NCBI GenBank assembly: GCA_035499005.1
Contig: DATJZQ010000064.1
Location: 966-64,965, forward strand
DNA length: 64,000 bases
Direction of reading: 5' to 3'
Source of the DNA: Burkholderiales bacterium
Lineage (GTDB): Bacteria; Pseudomonadota; Gammaproteobacteria; Burkholderiales; SHXO01
Shown here: positions 11,477 to 20,893 of the stretch, in pieces
Position numbering within the stretch: the first letter of the stretch is position 1
Layout: each line of letters opens with the position of its first letter
Program-made: the position numbers and the translations under genes
The notes under the pieces: generated by a model
What the model was told of the DNA's origin: nothing
Seen by the model: only the letters and a program-made list of their open reading frames with translations
Databases searched by the model: none

Positions 11477-12640
11477 TCACGCCGGCGAGTGCGCCAGCGC
11501 GGAGGGCCGCAAGCGCTGCACCACTACGAGCAGCGCGAGCAGCGCTGCGCCCGAGGCTGCGGTGAAGGTGAGGCCCGGACCCGCGTGCTGCCACAGCCAT
11601 CCGCTCGCGAATCCGCCCAGCGCACCGCCCGCGCCGAAGCCGATACTCGTGTACAGCGCCTGTCCGCGTGCCTGGGTACGGCCGCGGAACAGCTGATGGA
11701 TCGCCGCCAGCGCGGCGGCGTGATGGGCACCGAAGGTGGCAGCGTGCATCAGCTGCGCGATGGCCATCAGCACCACGCTGCCCGGCGCCCAGCCGATGAT
11801 GAGAAAGCGCAGCACGGCGCAGCCCAGGCTGAAGCTGATGATGGAGGGGATCGCGAAGCGCTGCATGAGCTTGGGCATGAGCAGAAACAGGAACACTTCG
11901 GCCACCACCGACAGCGCCCACAGCCAACCCACCCAGGCTTTGCTGTAGCCGTTCTCCACCAGGTGGATCGAGTAGAACGTGTTGTAGGGGCCGTGCGCGA
12001 GCGCCATCAGAAAGCACGCGGTGAACAGCGCGACCACCTCGGGGCGACGCATGGTCTTGCGCAACGGCGCATGCTCCTCGTGATGCGGCGGCGCCTGGTC
12101 CACCGGCAACGCCCACGCCGCCGCCGCGCACAGACTGAACAGGAGGAGCAGCACGAGCGGCAGCCATAGCACGCCGGTCGCGTCCAGCAGCTGTCCAATC
12201 AGCACGACCGAGATGACGAAGCCGATCGAGCCCCACACCCGGATGCGCCCGTAGTCGCCGAGCCGCCCCTTGAGATGCGCCAGCGTGGTGGCCTCCACCA
12301 GCGGAAGCGACGCGCACCAGAAGATGTTGAGCACGAGAATTACCGCAAACAGCCATCCAAAGGTCTTGGCGACCAGCAGCCCGGCGCACGCCACGGCGGC
12401 GGCGGCGGTGGTCATGCGCACGAGCGGGCGGCGGCGGCCTTGATGGTCAGCGATCCAGGCCCACGCTGTCGGTGCGAACACGCGTGCGAGCGGCATCAGC
12501 GCCAGCAGCATGCCGATCTCGACCGCGCTGAAGCCCAGCTTGCGCAGGTACAGGCTGAAGTAGGGGGCGAAGCCCCCCAGCATCAGGAAATAAACGAAAT
12601 AGAAGCCGGCGAGGCGAAAGTGCAGCTGTTTCTGATTCAT
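11477..12640 (-). CDS. MFS transporter (3-phenylpropionate/HcaT-like subfamily)
   Basis: 387-aa, about 12-TM hydrophobic ORF. The N-terminus [25 protein letters not shown]...[13 protein letters not shown] resembles the PPP/MFS_1_like subfamily. Substrate unknown. Confidence 0.8.
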   Translation of the reverse strand: MNQKQLHFRLAGFYFVYFLMLGGFAPYFSLYLRKLGFSAVEIGMLLALMPLARVFAPTAWAWIADHQGRRRPLVRMTTAAAAVACAGLLVAKTFGWLFAVILVLNIFWCASLPLVEATTLAHLKGRLGDYGRIRVWGSIGFVISVVLIGQLLDATGVLWLPLVLLLLFSLCAAAAWALPVDQAPPHHEEHAPLRKTMRRPEVVALFTACFLMALAHGPYNTFYSIHLVENGYSKAWVGWLWALSVVAEVFLFLLMPKLMQRFAIPSIISFSLGCAVLRFLIIGWAPGSVVLMAIAQLMHAATFGAHHAAALAAIHQLFRGRTQARGQALYTSIGFGAGGALGGFASGWLWQHAGPGLTFTAASGAALLALLVVVQRLRPSALAHSPA

Positions 12641-12699
12641 CGCGCGGTGCTGGAAGCGCTAGCCGCGGCTGCCGAGACTCTCGACGCCGGGTGTCCTCG

Positions 12700-13722
12700 T
12701 CACTGAATGACCTCATCCGCGCGCAGCAAAATCGACTGAGGCAGCTTGACGCCGAGCGCGGACGCCGTTCTCAGATTGACCGCCAGCTTGTACCGCGACA
12801 GCTGCTCGATCGGCAGATCGGCGGGTTTCGCCCCTTTCAAGAGGCGGTCGATGAAATAGCCAGCGCGGCGGAAGCTTTCCCAGGTGTCAGTCCCGTACGC
12901 AAGCAACCACGGGTTTGAAGTCGGCAGATACACCCCGATCATCGGCAGCCCGGACTGCACGGCCAGCGCTGTGAGCTCGTCGCTATGGAAGGCGAAGGTC
13001 GGAGACCAGATGAACGAAGCTGCGGAGACCCGTTTCTGCCTCGCGGTCTTGAAAGCCGCCTCCAGTTCTCGCGCTCCGTGGACCTCGATCAGTTCCACCT
13101 GCAGGCCCAGAGACTTGCCGGCCGCGCGCACTTCTTCGAGCGCGTGAGTGCCGAATGGCGCCTCCCAGAACACCGCAACTCTGGTCAGGCGCGGCAGCGC
13201 TTCCTTCAGGACCTGGAGTCGCTTCGCGTCCAGCCCGGCGAGCAACGCATGGATCCCGGTAAGGTTGCCGTTTGGGCGGCCGAGGCTGTCAACCAGGCCC
13301 AGCGCGACAGGGTCGTAGCCAAACCCGGTCATCACGATTGGGATCTTGGCGGTCGCCTTCAGCGCCGCGCGGATGGTGGTTTCGTTCGCACAGACGATCA
13401 CATCGACGTTCTGACTCACGAGTCCGTCCGCCAGCGCCTGTACGCGATCGACGCGGCCGGCCGCGGTCACGATCTCTACGCGGATGTTCTTGCCATCCTC
13501 GTAACCAAACGCGCGCAACCCTTCGCGCAGCTGCTCGTGGGTCGCATCGGTCACTGCGGCGTGCGAGGCAAGCATCGCCACCACCGGGACCTTAGCAGGC
13601 TGCTGAGCAGGCGCGCACAACGCGGCGAGCAGTAGGCTGAGAAGTCCAGCAATCCGAGGCGCTCGCCCGGTGATCGCCGCGTCTGGAAGGAGGATGCGGC
13701 GCGCCCGCCGGGACAATGTCAT
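12700..13722 (-). CDS. ABC-transporter substrate-binding protein (ABC_sub_bind family), orphan
   Basis: 340-aa ORF with a signal peptide. The periplasmic-binding fold (VVAMLAS...IVTAAG...IVCANETT...GFGYDPV...NLTG) resembles the putative Trp/Tyr-type ABC substrate-binding family. No permease or ATPase gene is adjacent. Confidence 0.7.
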   Translation of the reverse strand: MTLSRRARRILLPDAAITGRAPRIAGLLSLLLAALCAPAQQPAKVPVVAMLASHAAVTDATHEQLREGLRAFGYEDGKNIRVEIVTAAGRVDRVQALADGLVSQNVDVIVCANETTIRAALKATAKIPIVMTGFGYDPVALGLVDSLGRPNGNLTGIHALLAGLDAKRLQVLKEALPRLTRVAVFWEAPFGTHALEEVRAAGKSLGLQVELIEVHGARELEAAFKTARQKRVSAASFIWSPTFAFHSDELTALAVQSGLPMIGVYLPTSNPWLLAYGTDTWESFRRAGYFIDRLLKGAKPADLPIEQLSRYKLAVNLRTASALGVKLPQSILLRADEVIQ

Positions 13723-13730
13723 GCGGCAGC

Positions 13731-14891
13731 TTAGGCTTCGTCCGGCAGCGGGTTCTCCACCGGCGCCGGCTGGGGCTGCTGCGTTGAATCGCGCGGCGCC
13801 TGCGCGGGGATGCGCGGCGTGTCGACGCGCACGTCGGCATTCTGGGCCCGATGGCGCAGCGCATGGTCCATGAGCACGATCGCGAGCATCGCCTCGGCGA
13901 TGGGCGTAGCGCGGATTCCCACGCAGGGATCGTGGCGGCCATGCGTCTCGACCAGCACCGGCTGCCCTTGCTTGTCGATCGAGCGGCGCGGCAAGCGGAT
14001 GCTGGAAGTGGGCTTGATCGCGACGTTGACGACGATGTCCTGGCCGGTCGAGATCCCGCCCAGGATGCCGCCGGCGTTGTTGGACAGGAATCCCTCCGGC
14101 GTCATCTCATCGCTGTGCTCACTGCCCTTCTGCGTCACCGACGCGAAGCCCGCACCGATCTCGACCCCCTTCACCGCGTTGATGCTCATCATGGCGTAGG
14201 CGATGTCGGCATCGAGCTTCTCGTAGACCGGCTCTCCCCAGCCCGGCGGGACGTTGTGCGCGATCGCGGTGACCTGCGCTCCGGCCGAGTCGCCCGCCTT
14301 GCGCAGCGCGTCCACGAAGCTCTCGAGCTGCGGCACACAGCTCTCGTCGGCCGCGAAGAAGGGATTGGCGTCGACCGCATCCCAGGCCTTGAACGGCACC
14401 TCGATCGGGCCCAGCCGCGACAGGTAGCCTCGGATGGTCACGCCGAAGTGTTCCTTCAGCCACTTCTTGGCGACCGCGCCGGCCGCGACGCGCACCGCCG
14501 TCTCGCGCGCCGACTGGCGTCCGCCGCCACGGTAGTCGCGGATGCCGTACTTGTGCCAATAGGTGTAGTCGGCATGCCCCGGGCGGAAGCTGTCCTTGAT
14601 GTTGCTGTAGTCTTTGCTGCGCGCGTCGACGTTGCGGATCAGCATGGCGATCGGCGTGCCGGTGGTGAGACCTTCGAACACGCCGGACAGAATCTCCACC
14701 GTGTCGGCTTCCTGGCGCTGCGTGACATAACGCGACGTGCCGGGGCGGCGGCGGTCGAGCTCGCGCTGGATGTCCGGCTCGGCGAGCGGCAATCCGGGCG
14801 GGCAGCCGTCTACGACGCAGCCGATGGCGGGCCCGTGACTTTCGCCGAAGGAGGTGACGCAGAACAAGCGGCCCAGCGTGCTACCCGACAT
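13731..14891 (-). CDS. aroC: chorismate synthase
   Basis: 386-aa ORF with [27 protein letters not shown] and GRHDPCVG motifs. Carries a roughly 30-aa Pro/Gln-rich C-terminal tail. Confidence 0.95.
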   Translation of the reverse strand: MSGSTLGRLFCVTSFGESHGPAIGCVVDGCPPGLPLAEPDIQRELDRRRPGTSRYVTQRQEADTVEILSGVFEGLTTGTPIAMLIRNVDARSKDYSNIKDSFRPGHADYTYWHKYGIRDYRGGGRQSARETAVRVAAGAVAKKWLKEHFGVTIRGYLSRLGPIEVPFKAWDAVDANPFFAADESCVPQLESFVDALRKAGDSAGAQVTAIAHNVPPGWGEPVYEKLDADIAYAMMSINAVKGVEIGAGFASVTQKGSEHSDEMTPEGFLSNNAGGILGGISTGQDIVVNVAIKPTSSIRLPRRSIDKQGQPVLVETHGRHDPCVGIRATPIAEAMLAIVLMDHALRHRAQNADVRVDTPRIPAQAPRDSTQQPQPAPVENPLPDEA

Positions 14892-15020
14892 GGAGCGGAT
14901 GACCTGAAGATGGTGCGAGCCGTCTCGCGCGGGACTCGCAGCGGAGCAAAAAGTTTAGCACAGGCCTCCCGCGGCCCCGCTTCTCCGGCGCCGGGCCAGC
15001 GCTCCGGTTAAGATAGCGCG

Positions 15021-15815
15021 ATGCGCCAGTACCTCGACCTCATGCAGCGCATTCTCGATCACGGCGTGCGCAAGAGCGATCGCACGGGCACCGGCACCCT
15101 CAGCATCTTCGGCCCGCAGCTGCGCTTCGACCTGGCACAAGGCTTCCCGCTCCTGACGACCAAGAAGCTGCACCTGAAGTCGATCATCCACGAGCTGCTC
15201 TGGTTTCTGCGCGGCGACACCAACACGCGCTACCTGCGCGAGAACGGCGTGACGATCTGGGACGAGTGGGCGGATGAGCGCGGCGACCTCGGCCCGGTCT
15301 ACGGCTACCAGTGGCGCTCCTGGCCCGCGCCCGACGGCAGCCACATCGACCAGGTGAGCCAGGTGCTGCAGGAGCTCAAGCGCAACCCGGATTCGCGCCG
15401 GCTGCTGGTGTCGGCCTGGAATGTCGCGGACATCCCGAGGATGAAGCTCGCGCCGTGCCACGCCCTCTTCCAGTTCTACGTCGCAGCCGGCCGCCTCTCC
15501 TGCCAGCTGTATCAGCGCAGCGCGGACCTGTTCCTCGGCGTGCCGTTCAACATCGCCTCTTACGCGCTGCTCACGCTGATGGTGGCGCAGGCATGCGGGC
15601 TCGAGCCGGGCGAATTCGTCCACACCTTCGGCGACACGCACCTGTACCTGAATCACCTCGACCAGGCCCGCGAGCAGCTCGAGCGCGAGCCGCGCGGCTT
15701 GCCTGTCATGCGGCTGAACCGGCAGGTGCGCGACCTGTTCGCCTTCCGCTACGAAGATTTTGCCCTCGAGGGCTACGACCCGCACCCGGCAATCAAGGCG
15801 CCGGTGGCGGTCTGA
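15021..15815 (+). CDS. thyA: thymidylate synthase
   Basis: 264-aa ORF starting [26 protein letters not shown], with the [12 protein letters not shown] catalytic Cys motif. Confidence 0.95.
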   Translation: MRQYLDLMQRILDHGVRKSDRTGTGTLSIFGPQLRFDLAQGFPLLTTKKLHLKSIIHELLWFLRGDTNTRYLRENGVTIWDEWADERGDLGPVYGYQWRSWPAPDGSHIDQVSQVLQELKRNPDSRRLLVSAWNVADIPRMKLAPCHALFQFYVAAGRLSCQLYQRSADLFLGVPFNIASYALLTLMVAQACGLEPGEFVHTFGDTHLYLNHLDQAREQLEREPRGLPVMRLNRQVRDLFAFRYEDFALEGYDPHPAIKAPVAV

Positions 15816-15835
15816 CCCGTGCGCCGGGCCGATCG

Positions 15836-16360
15836 ATGAGCGCCGACCCAGAGCGCACGCGGCCGGCGCGCGTCTCGATGATCGTAGCCATGGCCCGCAA
15901 CCGCGTCATCGGGCGCGACGGCCGTCTCCCCTGGCGCCTTCCCGCCGACCAGCAACGCTTCAAGGCGCTCACGATGGGGCATCACATCATCATGGGGCGC
16001 AAGACCTGGGAGTCGATCGGGCGCGCGCTGCCCGGCCGCACGAGCGTGGTCGTGACGCGCAACAAGGCTTACGCGGCAGCTGGCGCTGCGGTGGTCGGTT
16101 CCCTGAACGACGCGCTGACGCTGGCGCGCGGGGATCCCGAGGCCTTCGTGATCGGCGGCGGCGAGCTGTACGGGGAAGCGCTGCCGCTCGCCGAGCGGAT
16201 CTATCTCACCGAACTGGAGGATGACTATCCAGGCGACACATTCTTTCCACCTCTCGCGCGGGCGGAGTGGCGCGTCGTCCAGCGTGAGGAGCATCCCGCC
16301 CAGAGCGGGGAGCCGGCGTGGAACTTCGCCGTGTATGAGCGCGTGCGCCCACGCGCCTGA
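15836..16360 (+). CDS. folA: dihydrofolate reductase
   Basis: In-frame ATG at 15836 inside the longer 15311..16360 track ORF. Sequence SMIVAMARNRVIGRDGRLPWRLPADQQRFKALTMGHHIIMGRKTWESIG is the classic DHFR N-terminus. The upstream part of the track ORF overlaps thyA and is spurious. Confidence 0.9.
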   Translation: MSADPERTRPARVSMIVAMARNRVIGRDGRLPWRLPADQQRFKALTMGHHIIMGRKTWESIGRALPGRTSVVVTRNKAYAAAGAAVVGSLNDALTLARGDPEAFVIGGGELYGEALPLAERIYLTELEDDYPGDTFFPPLARAEWRVVQREEHPAQSGEPAWNFAVYERVRPRA

Positions 16361-16365
16361 GCGCG

Positions 16366-16454
16366 GTCATCCCGGGGCTGCCTCAATGGCAGCACCGGGG
16401 ATCCAGAACGGTTTCGACTGGATTCCGGGTTCCGCTGCGCGGCCCCGGGATGAC
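16366..16454. repeat. 89-bp composite palindromic element with 12-bp perfect terminal inverted repeats (between convergent folA and decarboxylase)
   Basis: GTCATCCCGGGG (16366-16377) and CCCCGGGATGAC (16443-16454) are exact reverse complements. Internal sub-hairpins GGATCCAG...CTGGATTCC and CCGGGGCTGC...GCAGCACCGGGG. Probably also acts as a terminator. Confidence 0.7.
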
Positions 16455-16462
16455 GTTTGGGA

Positions 16463-17638
16463 CTAGCCGACGAAGCGCTCGTGCGGCAGCGGGAAGCCGT
16501 TGAAGGTGCTGGCGTAGGCCGTAGTGTAGGCGCCGGCGTTGGGCACGTACACGAAGTCGTCCGCCTGCAGGTCCTCTGGCAGCAGCTGATCCCGCATGAT
16601 GATGTCGACGGAGTCGCAGGTCGGGCCCGCCACGGTCCACGGGATAAGCTTGCCGGCGCGCTCGGTCACGACCTCGTACGGCAGACCTTCGGTGGTCTCG
16701 ATGATGCCGCCGAACATGCCGGCATCGAGGTAGACCCAGCGCTTGCCGGCGCGAGTGGCCGTTCCTACAACGCGGCACACGAAGTAGCCCGCGTCAGATA
16801 CGAGGAAGCGGCCGGGCTCGGCCATCACACGCACGCTCTCGGGCAGGCCAGCGAGCTCGCGGTTCACCACTTCGCCGATGACCTCGATCGAAGGGATGGG
16901 CTTGGTGTAGCGCACCGGGAATCCTCCGCCGATATTGAGCAGCCTCGGCTTGAGTCCCTTCAGCCTCATCTTGCGGAAGGCGCGCTTGGCGGCGTCGATG
17001 CCGCCGCGCCAGTTATCCGGGTTGCGGCACTGGGACCCGACGTGGAACGTCACGCCAGCGAGATCCGCCTTGAGGTCGACCGCCGCCGCGATGATCTCTT
17101 CCGCCTCCTTGGGCTGGGCGCCGAACTTGCCGGACAGCGGCCAGTCGCTGCCGACGTTGGGCGCGTCGATGCGCAGATACAGCTTGGCGTCGGGCTTGAT
17201 CTCGACGATCTTGCGCAGTTCTTCGACGCTGTCCACGACGAACCACTCGACGCCCCGCTGCGCGGCGTAGGTGAGGTACTGCCGCGACTTCATCGGGTTG
17301 CTGTAGTAGATCTCCGCGGCCGGGACACCCAGGCTGAGCAGCAGGTCGAGCTCGGCGACAGAGGCGATCTCGAAGCTCACGCCCTCCTCGATCAAGGTCC
17401 GCAGCACGGTCGGGTGCGGGTTGGCCTTGACGGCGTAGTGAGGGTGGACGCGCGGCATCGCCGCCTTGAAGCGCCGGGCCTTGGTTCGGATGATGTTGGG
17501 ATCGACCAGCAGGAAGGGCCTGTCGTAACCGGCGTGTGCGGCGTTCCTGGCTTGGTCGAAGTCGAGGCGGACCTCGGGATGGGTGTCGAGCGGGAGCTCG
17601 GGCTCGATCTTCTTGTACAGCGCGCTGCGCACAGACAT
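16463..17638 (-). CDS. PLP-dependent ornithine/lysine decarboxylase (Orn/DAP/Arg decarboxylase family 2, alanine-racemase fold)
   Basis: 391-aa ORF with YAVKANPHPTVLRTL (PLP-Lys), GGGFPV, EPGRFLV and GPTCDSVD motifs. AGGAGA Shine-Dalgarno sequence upstream of the ATG. Confidence 0.85.
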   Translation of the reverse strand: MSVRSALYKKIEPELPLDTHPEVRLDFDQARNAAHAGYDRPFLLVDPNIIRTKARRFKAAMPRVHPHYAVKANPHPTVLRTLIEEGVSFEIASVAELDLLLSLGVPAAEIYYSNPMKSRQYLTYAAQRGVEWFVVDSVEELRKIVEIKPDAKLYLRIDAPNVGSDWPLSGKFGAQPKEAEEIIAAAVDLKADLAGVTFHVGSQCRNPDNWRGGIDAAKRAFRKMRLKGLKPRLLNIGGGFPVRYTKPIPSIEVIGEVVNRELAGLPESVRVMAEPGRFLVSDAGYFVCRVVGTATRAGKRWVYLDAGMFGGIIETTEGLPYEVVTERAGKLIPWTVAGPTCDSVDIIMRDQLLPEDLQADDFVYVPNAGAYTTAYASTFNGFPLPHERFVG

Positions 17639-17659
17639 TTCTTTATTCTCCTGGAGACG

Positions 17660-17725
17660 CTAGGTGATCGGAATGTGCAGGTTCTTGAGATCCACGCTGG
17701 GGAAGTAGTTCCTCTTGCCTGTCAT
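17660..17725 (-). CDS. 21-codon upstream leader ORF (MTGKRNYFPSVDLKNLHIPIT) preceding the decarboxylase
   Basis: Hand translation of the reverse strand: ATG at 17723-17725 lies 5 nt after a GAGGAGG Shine-Dalgarno (17731-17737). TAG stop at 17660-17662, only 21 nt before the decarboxylase ATG. Lies downstream of a near-consensus promoter. No homology evidence. Confidence 0.35.
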   Translation of the reverse strand: MTGKRNYFPSVDLKNLHIPIT

Positions 17726-17785
17726 GATGACCTCCTCTTCGAGCTCGGCACGCGAGCCGCTCACAATGTGAAAGAACACGCGCGA

Positions 17786-17813
17786 ATTATAGGACCACTG
17801 TCCCCGGAATCAA
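17786..17813 (-). promoter_or_regulatory. candidate sigma70 promoter for leader ORF and decarboxylase
   Basis: Reverse strand reads TTGATT, a 16-nt spacer, then TATAAT (-35 at 17808-17813, -10 at 17786-17791). Located about 55-60 nt upstream of the leader ORF ATG. Confidence 0.45.
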
Positions 17814-17834
17814 GAGTTTTGCCGAGCAAATTTC

Positions 17835-17864
17835 GCGCCGCGCGTTACTGCTGAAACGCGGCGC
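17835..17864 (-). terminator. possible weak terminator hairpin after dcd
   Basis: 8-bp GC stem (GCGCCGCG / CGCGGCGC) with a 14-nt loop. On the reverse strand it is followed by GAAAUUUG, so the U-tract is poor. Confidence 0.3.
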
Positions 17865-17985
17865 ATGTCTCGAGCTGCCGAAGCGCCGCGCTCACGCCGT
17901 GCGCGGCGGCCCGGAAGCGAGTTGGGAGAGAGGTCGAGGCGCGCCAGCGGCGCGAACACGACAGGTGCGCCGCCCGGCGAGGCGG

Positions 17986-19686
17986 TCAGATCTTGGGCAG
18001 CGTGACGCCCGTTTGCCCCTGATACTTCCCGCCGCGGTCCTTGTAGGACACTTCGCACACGTCGTCGGGCGCCGCTTCCAGGAAGATCACCTGCGCCACG
18101 CCCTCGTTGGCGTAGATCTTGGCCGGGAGCGGCGTGGTGTTGGAGAACTCGAGCGTCACGTAGCCCTCCCACTCGGGCTCGAGCGGTGTAACGTTTACGA
18201 TGATGCCGCAATTCCGGACGAATACTCCGGCCTCGAGCGCGAAGTTCCCGGCCTCTGGCACCGTCAGGCAATACACGTCGTGCTCGCCAGGCAGGCTGCG
18301 GATCGACAGGATCTTGTGGTTCCGCTGCCCGCTGCGCGACCAGACGCTGTTCATGACCTCTGGGAAGCGCCGGAATACCGAGCGATCGCACTCGAGCAAA
18401 CGCGCGGCGCCCCGGATCGAGCCCGTGCTATCGAGAGCACGTCGCACCTCCTCGGCGGTGATCTCCTCGCGGAGGTTGATATGGCGGGCGATATCCTGCT
18501 GACGCTGACGTCTCTTGCCATCATCCATGGCCCAAGCCTCTGCACTCCTCCGGCTTTGGCGCTCTCGCTCGGCTGGGTCGCTGAACCGCCGCTGCATGGC
18601 CTTGCGGTGCTCTTCCCGGGTGTGCTCGGATGGATTGCGTCTGGCTTCGATGACTCGATCGCGAATCGCCCGATACTGTTCATCCTGCCAGAAGGCGGCG
18701 GCGCGATCGGCTTGCGCACGTGAGAAGCGCGCCGCCCAAGTCGGGTCCTGGGCAAGCCGCGTGAGGGCGGAACGAATCGCCGCACCGTGCTCCCGGGCAT
18801 CGAAATCCGCGCCGTATGTTTGCGAGTTGTGCAAGCGGATGTGTTCTGCCGCCGGCTTGCGCTCGAGGTTGACAGGCCGGTTGTTGCGACGATCGTGATC
18901 GATGTGGTGCCGATGCGTGCCAGGCTCGGCCGGGTAGATCTCGTGCCGCAGGTTCCACTCGTCTGCGAGGCGATGGACCGGGTACAAATGGCCGTTGATC
19001 GGTTGATAAACCATCTCGTAGCCGCGTCTGAGACTGCGGTAGAGCGGCATCAGGGAATCGCCTGGGCGTAGCGTGGCAGCGTTCGCCATGGTGCCGTCAC
19101 GCCTGACGAACATGTGATCCGGCGTGGCCTGCACGGCGAGTCCGTTGTCCAAGACGATCTCTAGCAGGCCGTCACGACCTATGTAGCGCGGGGCATCCAG
19201 AAGCGTAACGATCACTCTGCCGGTCGCCCCGATGCTGTAACCCCAGAACAGCTCGCCGCTGTCTGCGCGCCGCGCCATCTCTTCGAGCGTAGGGGCCGTC
19301 CCGTCCACCAGCGCCACCCGCGTGTCGCCACTGAAACACCGGGCATACGTCGATTTTCCGAGGCACAGAACCAGGACGTTACGCGGGATGCGGAAGTACT
19401 CGACGGTGCGGGCCAGGGCGAAGGAGTTGGGCGGGATGATGCAGTGGGGGCCTTTGACGTCGACGAACGACTTGGGATCGAAGTTCTTCGGGTCGACGAT
19501 CGTGCTGTTGATGTCGGTGAACAGCTTGAATTCGTCCGAGCAGCGGATGTCGTAGCCATAGCTCGAGGTGCCGTACGACACCACGCGCCGGCCGTCGACT
19601 TCTTTGACATTGCCGGGCTCGAACGGCTCGATCATCGCGTGCCGCTCGGCCATGCGCCGGATCCACCGGTCGGACTTGACGCTCAT
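17986..19686 (-). CDS. dcd: dCTP deaminase interrupted by a 376-aa intein (precursor 566 aa)
   Basis: N-extein (116 aa): [22 protein letters not shown]...[16 protein letters not shown]-extein (74 aa): [45 protein letters not shown]...[19 protein letters not shown]. Together they form a complete ~190-aa Dcd. Conserved dcd-apbC-metG neighbourhood. Confidence 0.9.
   Translation of the reverse strand: MSVKSDRWIRRMAERHAMIEPFEPGNVKEVDGRRVVSYGTSSYGYDIRCSDEFKLFTDINSTIVDPKNFDPKSFVDVKGPHCIIPPNSFALARTVEYFRIPRNVLVLCLGKSTYARCFSGDTRVALVDGTAPTLEEMARRADSGELFWGYSIGATGRVIVTLLDAPRYIGRDGLLEIVLDNGLAVQATPDHMFVRRDGTMANAATLRPGDSLMPLYRSLRRGYEMVYQPINGHLYPVHRLADEWNLRHEIYPAEPGTHRHHIDHDRRNNRPVNLERKPAAEHIRLHNSQTYGADFDAREHGAAIRSALTRLAQDPTWAARFSRAQADRAAAFWQDEQYRAIRDRVIEARRNPSEHTREEHRKAMQRRFSDPAERERQSRRSAEAWAMDDGKRRQRQQDIARHINLREEITAEEVRRALDSTGSIRGAARLLECDRSVFRRFPEVMNSVWSRSGQRNHKILSIRSLPGEHDVYCLTVPEAGNFALEAGVFVRNCGIIVNVTPLEPEWEGYVTLEFSNTTPLPAKIYANEGVAQVIFLEAAPDDVCEVSYKDRGGKYQGQTGVTLPKI
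18211..19338 (-). mobile_element. intein (Hint domain split by an HNH homing-endonuclease-like core plus HTH-like segment) inside dcd
   Basis: Starts [13 protein letters not shown] (block A) and contains ATPDHMF (block B). Ends [24 protein letters not shown] followed by Cys+1 (blocks F/G). Internal [33 protein letters not shown] motif. Boundaries verified at nucleotide level (AAT|TGC at 18211/18210). Confidence 0.85.
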
Positions 19687-19704
19687 CTCGCCCCCATCTG
19701 ATCT

Positions 19705-20796
19705 CTAGCTGTTCTTGATCACGATCTTGGGGAAGGCGGCGCTGAAATCCTTGGCCTTCTCGGCGATCTGCACCGCCACCTTGCGGGCGATCTCGCGATA
19801 GGTCTGCGCGACGCGCGAGTCGGGGTCGGACGCGACGGTCGGGCGGCCCGAATCCGCCTGCTCGCGGATGCGGATGTCGAGGGGCAGGGAGCCGAGCAGC
19901 GTCACTCCGTACTCGCGCGCCATCTTCTCGCCGCCGCCGGCGCCGAACACGTGCTCCTCGTGGCCGCAGCTGGAGCAGACATGGGTGCTCATGTTCTCGA
20001 CGATGCCCAGGATCGGCACATTGACCTTCTGGAACATCTTGAGTCCCTTGCGGGCGTCGAGCAGCGCGATGTCCTGCGGTGTAGTCACGATCACTGCGCC
20101 GGTGACCGGCACCTTCTGCGCGAGCGTGAGCTGGATGTCGCCGGTGCCGGGCGGCATGTCCACCACTAGGTAGTCGAGGTCCTTCCAGCGCGTGTCGCGC
20201 AGCAGCTGCTCCAGCGCCTGGGTCACCATCGGCCCGCGCCAGACCATCGGCTGCTCCATGTCGATCAGAAACCCGATGGACATGGCCTGCACGCCGTGCG
20301 CGACCATCGGCTCCAGGCTCTTCCCGTCGGGCGAGGTCGGGCGCTCGCCCTGCAGTCCGAGCATCATGGGCTGCGAGGGCCCGTAGATGTCGGCATCGAG
20401 CACACCGGCAGCTGCACCCTCGGCCGCCAGCGCGAGCGCCAGATTCACGGCTACCGTGGACTTGCCGACGCCGCCTTTGGCCGACGCTACCGCGATCACG
20501 TTGCGCACGCCGGGCACGAGCTGAACGCCGCCCTGCACCGCGTGCGAGACGATCTTGAAGTCGACGTTGACCTGGATGTTGCCTGCGCCGGGCAGCGCGC
20601 TCAGCGCCTCTTCGAGCTGCTTGCGCACGGCGGCGAGCTGCCTCTTGGCCGGGTAGCCCAACACGGCGTCGACGGCGATATTGGCGCCACTCACCTCGAC
20701 CTTCTTGATCTCCTTGCTCGAGACGTAGTCTTTGCCGGTGGTGGGATCGATGGTCTGCTTGAGCAGTTCCTGGACTTGCGCTTCTGTTATGGCCAC
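19705..20796 (-). CDS. apbC: Fe-S cluster carrier ATPase ApbC/Mrp
   Basis: 363-aa ORF with an N-terminal MIP18-like domain, the deviant Walker A SAKGGVGKST, and the CxxC motif (CSSCGHEEHVFG). Confidence 0.9.
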   Translation of the reverse strand: MAITEAQVQELLKQTIDPTTGKDYVSSKEIKKVEVSGANIAVDAVLGYPAKRQLAAVRKQLEEALSALPGAGNIQVNVDFKIVSHAVQGGVQLVPGVRNVIAVASAKGGVGKSTVAVNLALALAAEGAAAGVLDADIYGPSQPMMLGLQGERPTSPDGKSLEPMVAHGVQAMSIGFLIDMEQPMVWRGPMVTQALEQLLRDTRWKDLDYLVVDMPPGTGDIQLTLAQKVPVTGAVIVTTPQDIALLDARKGLKMFQKVNVPILGIVENMSTHVCSSCGHEEHVFGAGGGEKMAREYGVTLLGSLPLDIRIREQADSGRPTVASDPDSRVAQTYREIARKVAVQIAEKAKDFSAAFPKIVIKNS

Positions 20797-20893
20797 GGCT
20801 GGAAACCCTTGGAGGAGCTCTGGAGTTTAGCATCGCGCGGTCCCTGCCGGACCGCCACGTTTGTTAGACTCGGGCTTTGCCGTTCGTTTCGAA

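Noticed and set aside
15311-15835. 5' extension of the folA ORF overlapping thyA
   Set aside because: DHFR homology begins only at the ATG at 15836. The extension overlaps thyA in another frame and is Pro/Arg/Ala-rich.
16457-17854. 465-aa plus-strand ORF
   Set aside because: It is antisense to the well-supported PLP decarboxylase and runs through the leader/promoter region. It has no motifs.
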